NCBI GenBank assembly: GCA_964651635.1
Contig: CAZYWT010000004.1
Coordinates: forward strand, 1 to 43,219
Reading direction: 5' to 3'
Source: an uncultured Candidatus Saccharibacteria bacterium
GTDB taxonomy: Bacteria; Patescibacteriota; Minisyncoccia; Minisyncoccales; CG1-02-41-26
DNA: 43,219 bases
Numbering within the stretch: the first letter of the stretch is position 1; each line of letters opens with the position of its first letter. Shown in pieces: positions 26,319 through 34,845 of this stretch. Both the position numbers and the translations under genes were made by a program. The notes below the pieces were generated by a model. That model had not been told where the DNA came from, did not search any database, and worked only from the letters and a program-made list of their open reading frames with translations.

Positions 26319-26681
26319 ATGAAAAAAGAAAAAAGAAAAATTCGCAAAATTGACGCCTCGGGGAAACCCTTGGGAAGGATAGCGACCCAAATTGCTTTAA
26401 CGCTTAGAGGGAAAGACAAGCCCGCGTTTCGTCCTCACAAGGACGGGGGAGATTTTGTTGAAGTGGAGAATATAAAGGAGATAAAAATAACAGGGAATAA
26501 AATGAAAGACAAAGTTTATTATAAGCATAGCGGATATCCCGGACACTTAAAGTCGGAAAAAATGAAGGAAGTTTTTGAAAAAGACCCCGGCGAAGTTCTA
26601 AAAAGAGCCGTTTGGGGAATGTTGCCAAAGAATAAACTAAGGAAAGAAATGATAAAAAGATTAAAGATAGTGAAAAAATAA
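26319..26681 (+). CDS. rplM: 50S ribosomal protein L13 (uL13), short form
   Basis: 120-aa ORF with IDASGKPLGRIATQIA and YYKHSGYPG motifs. Confidence 0.92.
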   Translation: MKKEKRKIRKIDASGKPLGRIATQIALTLRGKDKPAFRPHKDGGDFVEVENIKEIKITGNKMKDKVYYKHSGYPGHLKSEKMKEVFEKDPGEVLKRAVWGMLPKNKLRKEMIKRLKIVKK

Positions 26682-26717
26682 TTATAAAAAATTTGAGTTG
26701 GCAAATTTATAAAAAAA

Positions 26718-27209
26718 ATGGTTGAGAATAAAAACAAAACAAAAAAAACAAAGAACAAAAAAAGGGAGAAACCAAATTCGGTGAAAAATTCCAATACAAG
26801 TAAGTCCCAAAAAAGCAACAGATATTTCGAAGGAGTGGGGAGGCGGAAGCAAGCGGTGGCAAGGGTTCGTTTATATACCAAAAACAAGAAAAAAGAAATT
26901 ACGGTAAATGGAAAAGATATTAAAAATTATTTTCCCTTGACGATTTTACGCGAAAGAGCTCTTTCTCCAATAAAAAATGTTAATTCGGAAGATAAATTTT
27001 CCGCCACAATTTTAATAAAAGGGGGAGGAATTTCCGCGCAAGCTGACGCTTGTTCGTTGGGTGTAGCCCGAGCGCTCTGCCTGATAAATCCTCTTTTTAG
27101 AAAAAACCTCAAAAAGCAAGGTCTTTTAACTCGGGACCCCAGAAAAAGAGAGCGAAAGAAATATGGATTAAAGCGAGCCCGCCGAGCCGCCCAATGGAGC
27201 AAGAGGTAG
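26718..27209 (+). CDS. rpsI: 30S ribosomal protein S9 (uS9) with Lys-rich N-terminal extension
   Basis: 163-aa ORF with core GVGRRKQAVARVRL and GGGISAQADA. C-terminus is RKKYGLKRARRAAQWSKR. Confidence 0.94.
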   Translation: MVENKNKTKKTKNKKREKPNSVKNSNTSKSQKSNRYFEGVGRRKQAVARVRLYTKNKKKEITVNGKDIKNYFPLTILRERALSPIKNVNSEDKFSATILIKGGGISAQADACSLGVARALCLINPLFRKNLKKQGLLTRDPRKRERKKYGLKRARRAAQWSKR

Positions 27210-27212
27210 GTT

Positions 27213-27896
27213 ATGTTAAAAGAATTCATAAACGATTATTACAAGGAAAGAGAAAGGCAAAAAGACAAGAATCGCTTTTATATTACAGACGCCGGGAAAT
27301 GTTGGCGAGCTGTTTTTTTTAAGTTCAAAAAAGCGCCGGAACAACAAAAAGACGGAAGAATTTTAAGAATTTTTGAATACGGAGACAAGGTTCATCAACT
27401 TATTATGGGCGCCTTTTTCGGGTTACAAGCTCTTTATGTTGTGGCGGCGGAAATATATATCCCGCCTCAAGAAATTATTTCGGGGAGAGCGGACGCTATA
27501 ATATCGGTGGATAACGAACTTTTTGTGGTGGATATAAAAAGCGTAAATAATATAAGTTTTAGAAAAATGAAAGAGCCGAAATTAGAGCATATTTATCAAC
27601 TTCAACTTTATCTTTATTATTTTGAAATAAAAAAAGGGATTTTGCTTTATGTGGACAAAGACCAGCAAGATATAAAAGAGTTTGAAGTTGAGTTTAATAA
27701 AAAAATAGCCGAAAATCTTTTGGAAAATTTTAAAAAATTAAAGTCCAAAATAGATGAAAATTTAATCCCTTCCACTCTGCCCGATTATCCCCGAAGCAAG
27801 CAATGCCGGTATTGCTCCTTTAAGCCGATTTGTAAAATTGTCGGCAAGGACGAAATTTCTTGGAAAAAATTCAGAGAAAAAATGGAATTCCAATAA
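27213..27896 (+). CDS. Cas4-like PD-(D/E)xK nuclease with 4-Cys cluster
   Basis: 227-aa ORF. N-terminal Cys (DAGKCWR), GRADAI...VVDIKS (D...DxK), QLQLY (QxxxY) and C-terminal CRYCSFKPIC (Cx2Cx5C). It starts 3 nt after the rpsI stop. Confidence 0.75.
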   Translation: MLKEFINDYYKERERQKDKNRFYITDAGKCWRAVFFKFKKAPEQQKDGRILRIFEYGDKVHQLIMGAFFGLQALYVVAAEIYIPPQEIISGRADAIISVDNELFVVDIKSVNNISFRKMKEPKLEHIYQLQLYLYYFEIKKGILLYVDKDQQDIKEFEVEFNKKIAENLLENFKKLKSKIDENLIPSTLPDYPRSKQCRYCSFKPICKIVGKDEISWKKFREKMEFQ

Positions 27897-28080
27897 AAAA
27901 ATCAGAGACCCGCTCTCTGGCGATTTGCCAGAGAGCGGGTCTCTGTCACTCATCTCTGTCACCCATCTATTGCGGGCGGTTGCCCCGATATTACATCGGG
28001 ACAATCGTCCTTAAATAAATCCATAACAAAATCAGACGATTATCCCTTTGTTATGAATAATGTTAGTTGTATTTTGAATG
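27897..28080 (-). repeat. diverged inverted copy (D) of the intergenic repeat element
   Basis: Perfect 19-bp-stem hairpin CAGAGACCCGCTCTCTGGC-gattt-GCCAGAGAGCGGGTCTCTG (27903-27945). It also carries GGGCGGTTGCCCCGATATTACATCGGGAC and ATAAATCCATAACAAAATC...TTTGTTATGAATAAT...TTTTGAATG. Together these match the reverse complement of copies A-C. Confidence 0.85.
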
Positions 28081-28267
28081 GTCTGGATTTATTTGCTTTT
28101 ATTTTATTGCATTTCCATATTATTTTTTTATTGATTTGCGTGTCCTTGAAATTAGCGAGGGGAAGAGGGAATTCCTCATCCTAATTCTTGCCGCGGTAGC
28201 GGAGAGAATAGGGCTCGCGTTTGGACATTTTAGTTGTCCGACGCGATTTCTCACCTCGATTTTATTG

Positions 28268-28294
28268 GGCGGAACAAGTTGTTCCGCCTTTTTT
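28268..28294 (+). terminator. intrinsic terminator upstream of murA
   Basis: GGCGGAAC-aagtt-GTTCCGCC followed by T6. The stem sequence is nearly the same as the 14460-14477 terminator. Confidence 0.8.
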
Positions 28295-28332
28295 ATTTAT
28301 TTTTCTTGCTAATTTTTTCTATTTAATATAAG

Positions 28333-29616
28333 ATGAAAAAAGAAGATATGGCGGAAAAGTTTGTTATAAACGGCGGAAATAAATTGAAAGGAGAACTCTC
28401 CGTTAGGGGAGCGAAAAACGCGGCCGGCCCTTTAATCGCCGCCTCTATTTTAACGAACGAAGATTGCGTAATTTTTAACATTCCAAAAGTTTCCGATATT
28501 TTTAATCTTTTAGATATTATCGCTTCTTTGGGAAAAAAAGTGGAATGGATAGGCGAGAGAACGGTAAAAATTGGCGGAGAAGGGTTAAAAACAGAAAATT
28601 TGGATTTTGATAAAGTTTCTCGCTGCCGAATTTCGGCTCTTTTTATGGGTTCTCTTTTGGCGAGAATTTCCGAGTTTAAGTTTTACAAACCCGGCGGCGA
28701 TAGGATAGGGGTTAGGCCGATAGAAACTCACATAGAAGGATTTAGAGAGTTGGGAGCGGAGATTGCCGAAGAAGGAGATTTTTATTATATAAAAAACAAA
28801 GGATTAAATGGAGCAAAAATTATTTTGCCGGAATTTAGCGTAACCGCCACCGAAAACTTAATTATGGCTTCTTCGCTCTCAAGCGGAGAAACACTCTTAA
28901 GAGGAGTGGCTCAAGAAACCCATGTTCAACTGCTAATAGAGGTAATAAATAAAATGGGGGGGAAGGTGGAAAAAGTTTGGCCCAACGCTCTAAATATAAA
29001 AGGAGTTTCAAAATTAAAAGGGTTTAGCGCCGAAGTTATTCCGGACTCCACCGAAGCGGCGACTTTTTTTATTATGGGCGCTTGTTGCGGAGAAAATTTA
29101 GTCATCCAAAATTTTGTTTCTCGGCATTTAGAACTTTTTCTTCTTAAAATGAAAAAAGCGGGAGTAAATTTTGAAATAAAAGAAAATTCGGTTAAAGTGG
29201 AAAAAGCCGATTTGATTTCTCCCTTAAAAATTCAATCTCTTCCTTACCCGGGGTTTCAAACAGACATTCAGCCTCTTATGGTTCCATTTTTAACCCAAGC
29301 TCACGGGAAAAGCGCTATTCACGACCCTCTTTACGAAAATCGCTTAAACTATATTCAAGAACTTAGAAAAATGGGCGCTGATATTGATGTGGTTGACCCC
29401 CACAGAGCGCTGATATATGGGCCTACTCCCTTGAAAGGCATAACGGTGGAATCGTGGGATATAAGGGCGGGGGCTTCTTTAATAGAATCTGGCCTTATCG
29501 CTCGGGGGCAAACAATAATAAAGAGAGTGGAGCAAATAGATAGAGGATACGAAAATTTAGAAGAGAGATTGAAAGCAGCGGGAGCGGATATTAAAAGGGA
29601 AGAGGAGCAAGAATAA
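28333..29616 (+). CDS. murA: UDP-N-acetylglucosamine 1-carboxyvinyltransferase
   Basis: 427-aa ORF. The start (FVINGGNKLKGELSVRGAKNAA) and the EPSP-synthase-fold layout match MurA. Confidence 0.93.
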   Translation: MKKEDMAEKFVINGGNKLKGELSVRGAKNAAGPLIAASILTNEDCVIFNIPKVSDIFNLLDIIASLGKKVEWIGERTVKIGGEGLKTENLDFDKVSRCRISALFMGSLLARISEFKFYKPGGDRIGVRPIETHIEGFRELGAEIAEEGDFYYIKNKGLNGAKIILPEFSVTATENLIMASSLSSGETLLRGVAQETHVQLLIEVINKMGGKVEKVWPNALNIKGVSKLKGFSAEVIPDSTEAATFFIMGACCGENLVIQNFVSRHLELFLLKMKKAGVNFEIKENSVKVEKADLISPLKIQSLPYPGFQTDIQPLMVPFLTQAHGKSAIHDPLYENRLNYIQELRKMGADIDVVDPHRALIYGPTPLKGITVESWDIRAGASLIESGLIARGQTIIKRVEQIDRGYENLEERLKAAGADIKREEEQE

Positions 29617-29634
29617 AATAAAAAAATCCAATTT

Positions 29635-30645
29635 ATGTTTATAACAAAAATAGCCATTGATTTAGGAACATGCAACTCTTTGGTTTTTGTTCCCAAAAAG
29701 GGAGTAATATTAAAAGAGCCGTCTGTGGTGGCGATTTCTTATCCCGAGAAAAAAATACTGGCTGTGGGGGAGGAAGCAAAACTTATGATAGGCAGAACTC
29801 CGGACAATATACGGGTTTATAGGCCCCTGCGAGACGGAGTTATAGCGGATTATAAGGTTACCCAGGCAATGCTAAAACATTTTATCCAAAAAGCGCAAGG
29901 AAAGTTTAGTTTTCTAAAACCGGAAGTAATAATTTCCACCCCGGCCGGGAGCACTTCCACGGAAAAAAGAGCTGTGATAGAAGCGGCGATTAGCGTTGGG
30001 GCAAAAAGAGCGTTTGTGGTTAAAGAGCCGATACTGGCCGCCATTGGAGCCGGAATTCCCATAAATTCCAGCGAGGGAAATATGGTGATAGATATAGGAG
30101 GAGGAACTTCGGAGATAGGAGTAATATCTTTGGGCGGAATTGTAGCGTCCGATTCTATAAGGATTGGGGGAGACAAAATGGACGAAGCAATAACGGAATA
30201 TATAAAAAAGAAGCATAATTTAGTCATAGGGACGCAGTCGGCCGAAGAAATAAAAATTAAAATCGGAGCGGCGGTTCGGCAAAAAAAAGACGAGGTAATA
30301 GAAGTTAGGGGAAGAGATTTACCCAGCGGACTGCCTAAAAATGTTAAGGTTTCCACAAACGAACTTGTGGAACCTTTGCGCGAGTCCCTTTCCGATGTGG
30401 TGGAAACCGTAAAGCAAGTGCTTAGAAAAACTTTGCCTCAACTTTCCGCCGATATTATAGACAAAGGAATGATTTTGACCGGCGGCGGCTCGCTTTTAAG
30501 AGGTATAGACGAACTCATATCCAAAAAAACGGGAGTTCCTTGTTTTTTGGCGGACAAACCCCTTTATTGCGTTATAAACGGAATAGGGGGAGTATTGGAA
30601 AATTTGGAAACTTACAAAAAAACATTAATGAGCAAAAAACAATGA
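29635..30645 (+). CDS. mreB: rod-shape determining protein MreB (paralog 1)
   Basis: 336-aa actin-fold ORF with IAIDLGTCNS, DIGGGTSE and LTGGGSLLRG motifs. Confidence 0.93.
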   Translation: MFITKIAIDLGTCNSLVFVPKKGVILKEPSVVAISYPEKKILAVGEEAKLMIGRTPDNIRVYRPLRDGVIADYKVTQAMLKHFIQKAQGKFSFLKPEVIISTPAGSTSTEKRAVIEAAISVGAKRAFVVKEPILAAIGAGIPINSSEGNMVIDIGGGTSEIGVISLGGIVASDSIRIGGDKMDEAITEYIKKKHNLVIGTQSAEEIKIKIGAAVRQKKDEVIEVRGRDLPSGLPKNVKVSTNELVEPLRESLSDVVETVKQVLRKTLPQLSADIIDKGMILTGGGSLLRGIDELISKKTGVPCFLADKPLYCVINGIGGVLENLETYKKTLMSKKQ

Positions 30646-31487
30646 AAAGCGGGATTTTAATAAAAAAAATGGCGAAGGAAAAAAGTATTCCCTCTTCTTT
30701 GATTTTTTCGGGAACGATGAAAGAAGAAAAGAAAAAAGTCGCTTTTTTATTGTTAAAATCGCTTCATTGTCCCGAAGAAAATCCTCCCTGCGGGAAATGC
30801 GCTTCTTGTATTTCTTTTGACAAGGGAAACAATTTGGATTTTATTTCCGTAAAGCCGGAAGAGGGGGTTATAAGATTGCGGCAGTTGGAAAAAGTAAAAA
30901 AGGATTTAGAAGGGAGACCTTCTATTTCGCGGATAAAATCGGTTTGGCTTGGGGACGCCGAACTTATGAATTTGCGAGCGCAAAATTTTCTTTTGAAAAC
31001 ACTGGAAGAGCCAAAGGGAGAAAGAGTTTTTATTTTGTCCGCTTTTCATAAAAACAGATTGCTTTCCACAATTCGTTCTCGCTCTCGAATTTTTAACTTT
31101 TATCCCGAAAAGCAAATTTTTAATTTCAAAAATAATTTTAGTTTTTTATCTTCTATTTTTAGAAAAAACGAAGCGGCTCGCTTTATGTTTTGCGAAGAAA
31201 TAGCCGGCAAAAAAGACAAAGACAAAAAGAAAGAAAAAGAAATAAATTACAACAACTCCTTAAAGTTTATAGAAATGTTGGAAGAATATCTAAGATATTT
31301 CTTGCTCTTTTTCTTGGGGGTAGAGCGGGAAGAAAGTGAAATAGCTGAAAAATATTCGCTTCCGAATAACTATACCGCCGAAGAAGTAGCCAAACTTTTA
31401 AGAGAAACGGGGTATTACAGAAAATTGCTTCTTACAACCAACGCTAATCCAAGATTGATTTTGGAAAATTTAGTTCTTTTGTTATAA
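30642..31487 (+). CDS. holB: DNA polymerase III delta-prime-like clamp-loader subunit
   Basis: The in-frame ATG at 30642 overlaps the mreB stop (ATGA). Zinc module CPEENPPCGKCASC. SRC-like TIRSR motif. No Walker A motif. Confidence 0.7.
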   Translation: MKSGILIKKMAKEKSIPSSLIFSGTMKEEKKKVAFLLLKSLHCPEENPPCGKCASCISFDKGNNLDFISVKPEEGVIRLRQLEKVKKDLEGRPSISRIKSVWLGDAELMNLRAQNFLLKTLEEPKGERVFILSAFHKNRLLSTIRSRSRIFNFYPEKQIFNFKNNFSFLSSIFRKNEAARFMFCEEIAGKKDKDKKKEKEINYNNSLKFIEMLEEYLRYFLLFFLGVEREESEIAEKYSLPNNYTAEEVAKLLRETGYYRKLLLTTNANPRLILENLVLLL

Positions 31488-31578
31488 TGTTAAAAACAAT
31501 AAATCAAAACCATTAACTCTCCGTATTAAAATTATTTAGCAAGTTGAGCGGAGAGTAAAAATTATTATTTAATTATTT

Positions 31579-32130
31579 ATGTATCAAGATATATTAAACA
31601 AAGCGAAACCGAATTTAGAAAAATTAGTTTCCGACTTTCGGGGACAAATTGCGGAAATAAGAACAGGGCGAGTGGCTCCTTCTTTGGTTGAGAATATCTC
31701 GGTGGATTGTTTTGGTTCTCGATTCCCCCTAAAACAATTAGGGGCGGTTACCGCCACCGGAAAGGAGTTGGTTATAAATTTATGGGATAAATCTTACGCC
31801 GAAGCGGTGATAAAAGCGGTTGAAGAAAGAAAAATGAATTTAGGAATAAAATCCGACGGACGAACAATTTATTTATCCGCTCCTCCCCTAACCGAAGAGA
31901 GTAAAAATAATTTGGTGAAAGTTTTATCGGAGAAAAAAGAAGAAATTTTTCAAGAAATAAGAAAATTGCGGGATAAAATTTGGAAGGAAATTCAAGAAGC
32001 GGAAAAAGAAAACGAAATTACCGAAGACGAGAAATTCAAAGGAAAAGAAAAAATGGAAGAGATGATAAAAGATTACAGAGGACAAATAGAAGAAATGGTA
32101 AAACAAAAAGAAACTGATATAAAGTCCTGA
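31579..32130 (+). CDS. frr: ribosome recycling factor
   Basis: 183-aa ORF. IRTGRVAPSLVENI and the PPLTEESKNNLVK motif are typical of RRF. Confidence 0.94.
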   Translation: MYQDILNKAKPNLEKLVSDFRGQIAEIRTGRVAPSLVENISVDCFGSRFPLKQLGAVTATGKELVINLWDKSYAEAVIKAVEERKMNLGIKSDGRTIYLSAPPLTEESKNNLVKVLSEKKEEIFQEIRKLRDKIWKEIQEAEKENEITEDEKFKGKEKMEEMIKDYRGQIEEMVKQKETDIKS

Positions 32131-32469
32131 GTAAAATTAACTTTTTGGGTTAATTTGATAGATTAAAAACAGCGGGTTAAAAATTTGATAAAAGAAAGGA
32201 ATAAGTATGAAACGGTTTTAGTGGAAGTTACATGCGGGAAGTGTGGGAGAGTAAGAAAATTAGGACCCGGGCTTCATCAATTGTTCCGGTTTTTTATTAA
32301 AAAACAAATAGTAATAAAAAATGTCAGGTTTCTGCTTATTGGCATATTGGCAAATTTTTCGGGCGGTTGCCCCGATTTGAATTTTGGGTTTTGTTTGCTA
32401 TACTTAAACATAATAAAATAAGGGGGTGGGATACTAATTCGTGTCCCGTTTTCTTATAGTGAAATCAAG

Positions 32470-33540
32470 ATGTTTATAAACATAATAATCGTAATATTAT
32501 CTCTCGTTATTTTGGTAGCCCTTCATGAGTTGGGGCATTTTTTAATAGCGAAAAAATTGGGAATGAAAGTGGAAGAATTTGGCATCGGTTATCCTCCGAG
32601 AATTTTTGGCAAAAAAATAGGGGAAACAATTTATTCCTTAAATCTCCTTCCATTCGGCGCTTTTGTAAAAATTTTAGGAGAAGAAGACGAGGTAAAAAAC
32701 AAGCGAAGTTTTTCAAGCAGACCTATTTGGCAGAGAGCGGCGGTTGTTTTGGGCGGAGTTGTGTTTTTTTGGATAATCGCTTTTGTTCTTTTCTCGGCAA
32801 TAGCGGGAATTTGGGGCTTGCCGACAGCCGCTCCAAGCGATTACGAAGGAGAGAGCGCAATCCGAATTCTTCAAGTAAAACCCGAATATCCAGCCAAAGA
32901 AGCGGGGATAAAAATTGGAGACGAGATTGTTAAAATTACAAATGATGCCTCCGTAAAACCTCAAAAAGTGGAAACCGTTCAAAACTTTATTTCCTCTCAT
33001 ACGGGAGAAAAAATAACTATACAGGTAAAAAGGGGGGACAAAATTCTTGATTTTTCTCTAATCCCCAAGGAAACCGAAGAAGGGAAGGGGTTAGCGGGAA
33101 TTTCTCTCGCCAAAGTGGCAAACATTAAAATTCCGTGGTATAAAGCGCCGATTGCCGGAGCTACCATTACGGCGCAAAAAACAATTCAGATACCGGTTAT
33201 GCTGAGCTTTGTATTATCTAAATCGTTAAAAGGAGAAAGGGTGGAGGGCGTGGAAGTATCCGGGCCCGTTGGTATTGTGGGGATTATGGGAGACGCTTTA
33301 AGCGCGGGATTGGATAATTTTCTTATGTTTATGGCTCTTATTTCCGTTTGGCTGGCAATTTTTAATATACTTCCCATACCGGCTCTTGACGGAGGAAAAC
33401 TTTTATTTTTGATAATAGAAAAAGTAAAAGGAAAACCCGTCTCTCCTAAGGTGGAACAAAGAGTTACCGTGGCGTTTTTCTCGCTTTTGCTCGCTTTAAT
33501 GGTTATTGTTACCGTAAAAGATATTATGAATTTGTTTTAA
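32470..33540 (+). CDS. rseP: RIP site-2 metalloprotease (M50, RseP family)
   Basis: 356-aa membrane ORF with HELGH, a PDZ-like segment and NILPIPALDGG motif. Confidence 0.9.
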   Translation: MFINIIIVILSLVILVALHELGHFLIAKKLGMKVEEFGIGYPPRIFGKKIGETIYSLNLLPFGAFVKILGEEDEVKNKRSFSSRPIWQRAAVVLGGVVFFWIIAFVLFSAIAGIWGLPTAAPSDYEGESAIRILQVKPEYPAKEAGIKIGDEIVKITNDASVKPQKVETVQNFISSHTGEKITIQVKRGDKILDFSLIPKETEEGKGLAGISLAKVANIKIPWYKAPIAGATITAQKTIQIPVMLSFVLSKSLKGERVEGVEVSGPVGIVGIMGDALSAGLDNFLMFMALISVWLAIFNILPIPALDGGKLLFLIIEKVKGKPVSPKVEQRVTVAFFSLLLALMVIVTVKDIMNLF

Positions 33541-33594
33541 GGGGCGGGTTGAGATATTCAAATTTTTGGGCTAAACTATAATCTATAGAGCAAT

Positions 33595-34845
33595 ATGAAG
33601 CAATCCAAACTTTTTGCCAAAATAACAACGGAAAATCCCTCTAATGAAGACAGCGCCAACGCCAATTTTTTAATAAGAGCGGGATTTATAGACAAACTAA
33701 TGGCGGGAGTTTATAATTTTCTTCCAATGGGGCTTAAAGTTTTACGGAAAATAGAGCGAATAACAAGAGAAGAAATGCTCAAAATCGGCGGGGAAGAAAT
33801 TTTGCTTTCAGCGCTTCAGCCCAAAGAAAACTGGGAGCAAACAGGGAGATGGGAATCATTTGACGCTTTATTTAAATTTCAAAGTTTTTATTCTAAAATC
33901 AATTTTGCGCTCGGTCCCACCCACGAAGAGGTTATAACTCCTTTAGCGAAAAAACATTTATTTTCTTATAGAGATTTGCCCGCTTTTCTTTTTCAGTTTC
34001 AAACTAAATTTAGAGACGAAAAAAGAGCCAAATCCGGAATTTTAAGGGGCAGAGAATTTTTAATGAAAGACCTTTATTCTTTTCACGCCACTCAAAAAGA
34101 TTTAGTTCATTATTACGAAAAAGTAAAAATTGCTTATAAAAATATATTTGAGAGAACGGGAGTAGGGGAGAGAACTTTTTTAACTTTGGCTTCCGGGGGA
34201 ACATTTTCTAAATATTCTCACGAATTCCAAATTCTCGCCGATTCGGGAGAAGATAAAATAAAAATTTGCTCTAACTGTCAATTTGCCACCAATAAAGAAA
34301 TAGAAGACGAAATTAACGCTTGCCCAAATTGCGGAGAAAATAATTTTGAAGAGAAAAAAACGATAGAAGCCGGCAATATATTCAAATTGGGAACTGGTTT
34401 TTCGGAAAAATTCTCCCTTAATTACAAAACAAAAGAAGGGTTAGAAAGACCGATAATTATGGGTTGCTACGGGCTTGGAATTACTCGTCTTATGGGTTCT
34501 ATCGCGGAGGTTTTTAGAGATAACAAAGGGATAATTTGGCCGCCCTCCGTTTCGCCTTACGATATTCATCTTCTATCTTTTCAAAAAAACAAAGAAGCGA
34601 AGCAAATTTATAACCAACTAAAAAAAGAGGGGAAGGAAATTTTATTTGACGATAGAGAAAAAACTCCGGGGCAAAAAATGGCGGAAGCCGATTTAATAGG
34701 AATTCCGTGGCAAGTTATTGTTAGCGAAAAATCGCTAAACAGCGGGGGGATAGAAATATCTCCGCGAAAAAATAAAAAAGAAAAGAAAATTGTAAAAGCC
34801 AAAGATATATTGGAACACATAAAAAAATATGAAAAAGTTATTTAA
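33595..34845 (+). CDS. proS: proline--tRNA ligase, short form without INS editing domain
   Basis: 416-aa class II aaRS. The MKQSKLF start and FRDE..AKSGILRGREF motif 2 match ProRS. A CxxC...CxxC insert (CSNC...CPNC) is present. Confidence 0.88.
   Translation: MKQSKLFAKITTENPSNEDSANANFLIRAGFIDKLMAGVYNFLPMGLKVLRKIERITREEMLKIGGEEILLSALQPKENWEQTGRWESFDALFKFQSFYSKINFALGPTHEEVITPLAKKHLFSYRDLPAFLFQFQTKFRDEKRAKSGILRGREFLMKDLYSFHATQKDLVHYYEKVKIAYKNIFERTGVGERTFLTLASGGTFSKYSHEFQILADSGEDKIKICSNCQFATNKEIEDEINACPNCGENNFEEKKTIEAGNIFKLGTGFSEKFSLNYKTKEGLERPIIMGCYGLGITRLMGSIAEVFRDNKGIIWPPSVSPYDIHLLSFQKNKEAKQIYNQLKKEGKEILFDDREKTPGQKMAEADLIGIPWQVIVSEKSLNSGGIEISPRKNKKEKKIVKAKDILEHIKKYEKVI

Noticed and set aside
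28067-28312. 81-aa ORF upstream of murA.
   Set aside because: It begins inside the inverted repeat copy D and has no ribosome-binding site. It reads through a GC-rich hairpin region and a strong intrinsic terminator. It is more likely non-coding.
32185-32421. 78-aa ORF in the frr-rseP spacer containing a CxxC motif.
   Set aside because: It has a non-ATG start and no Shine-Dalgarno. It runs through a repeat-family motif and has an implausible C-terminal half. It is treated as non-coding spacer.
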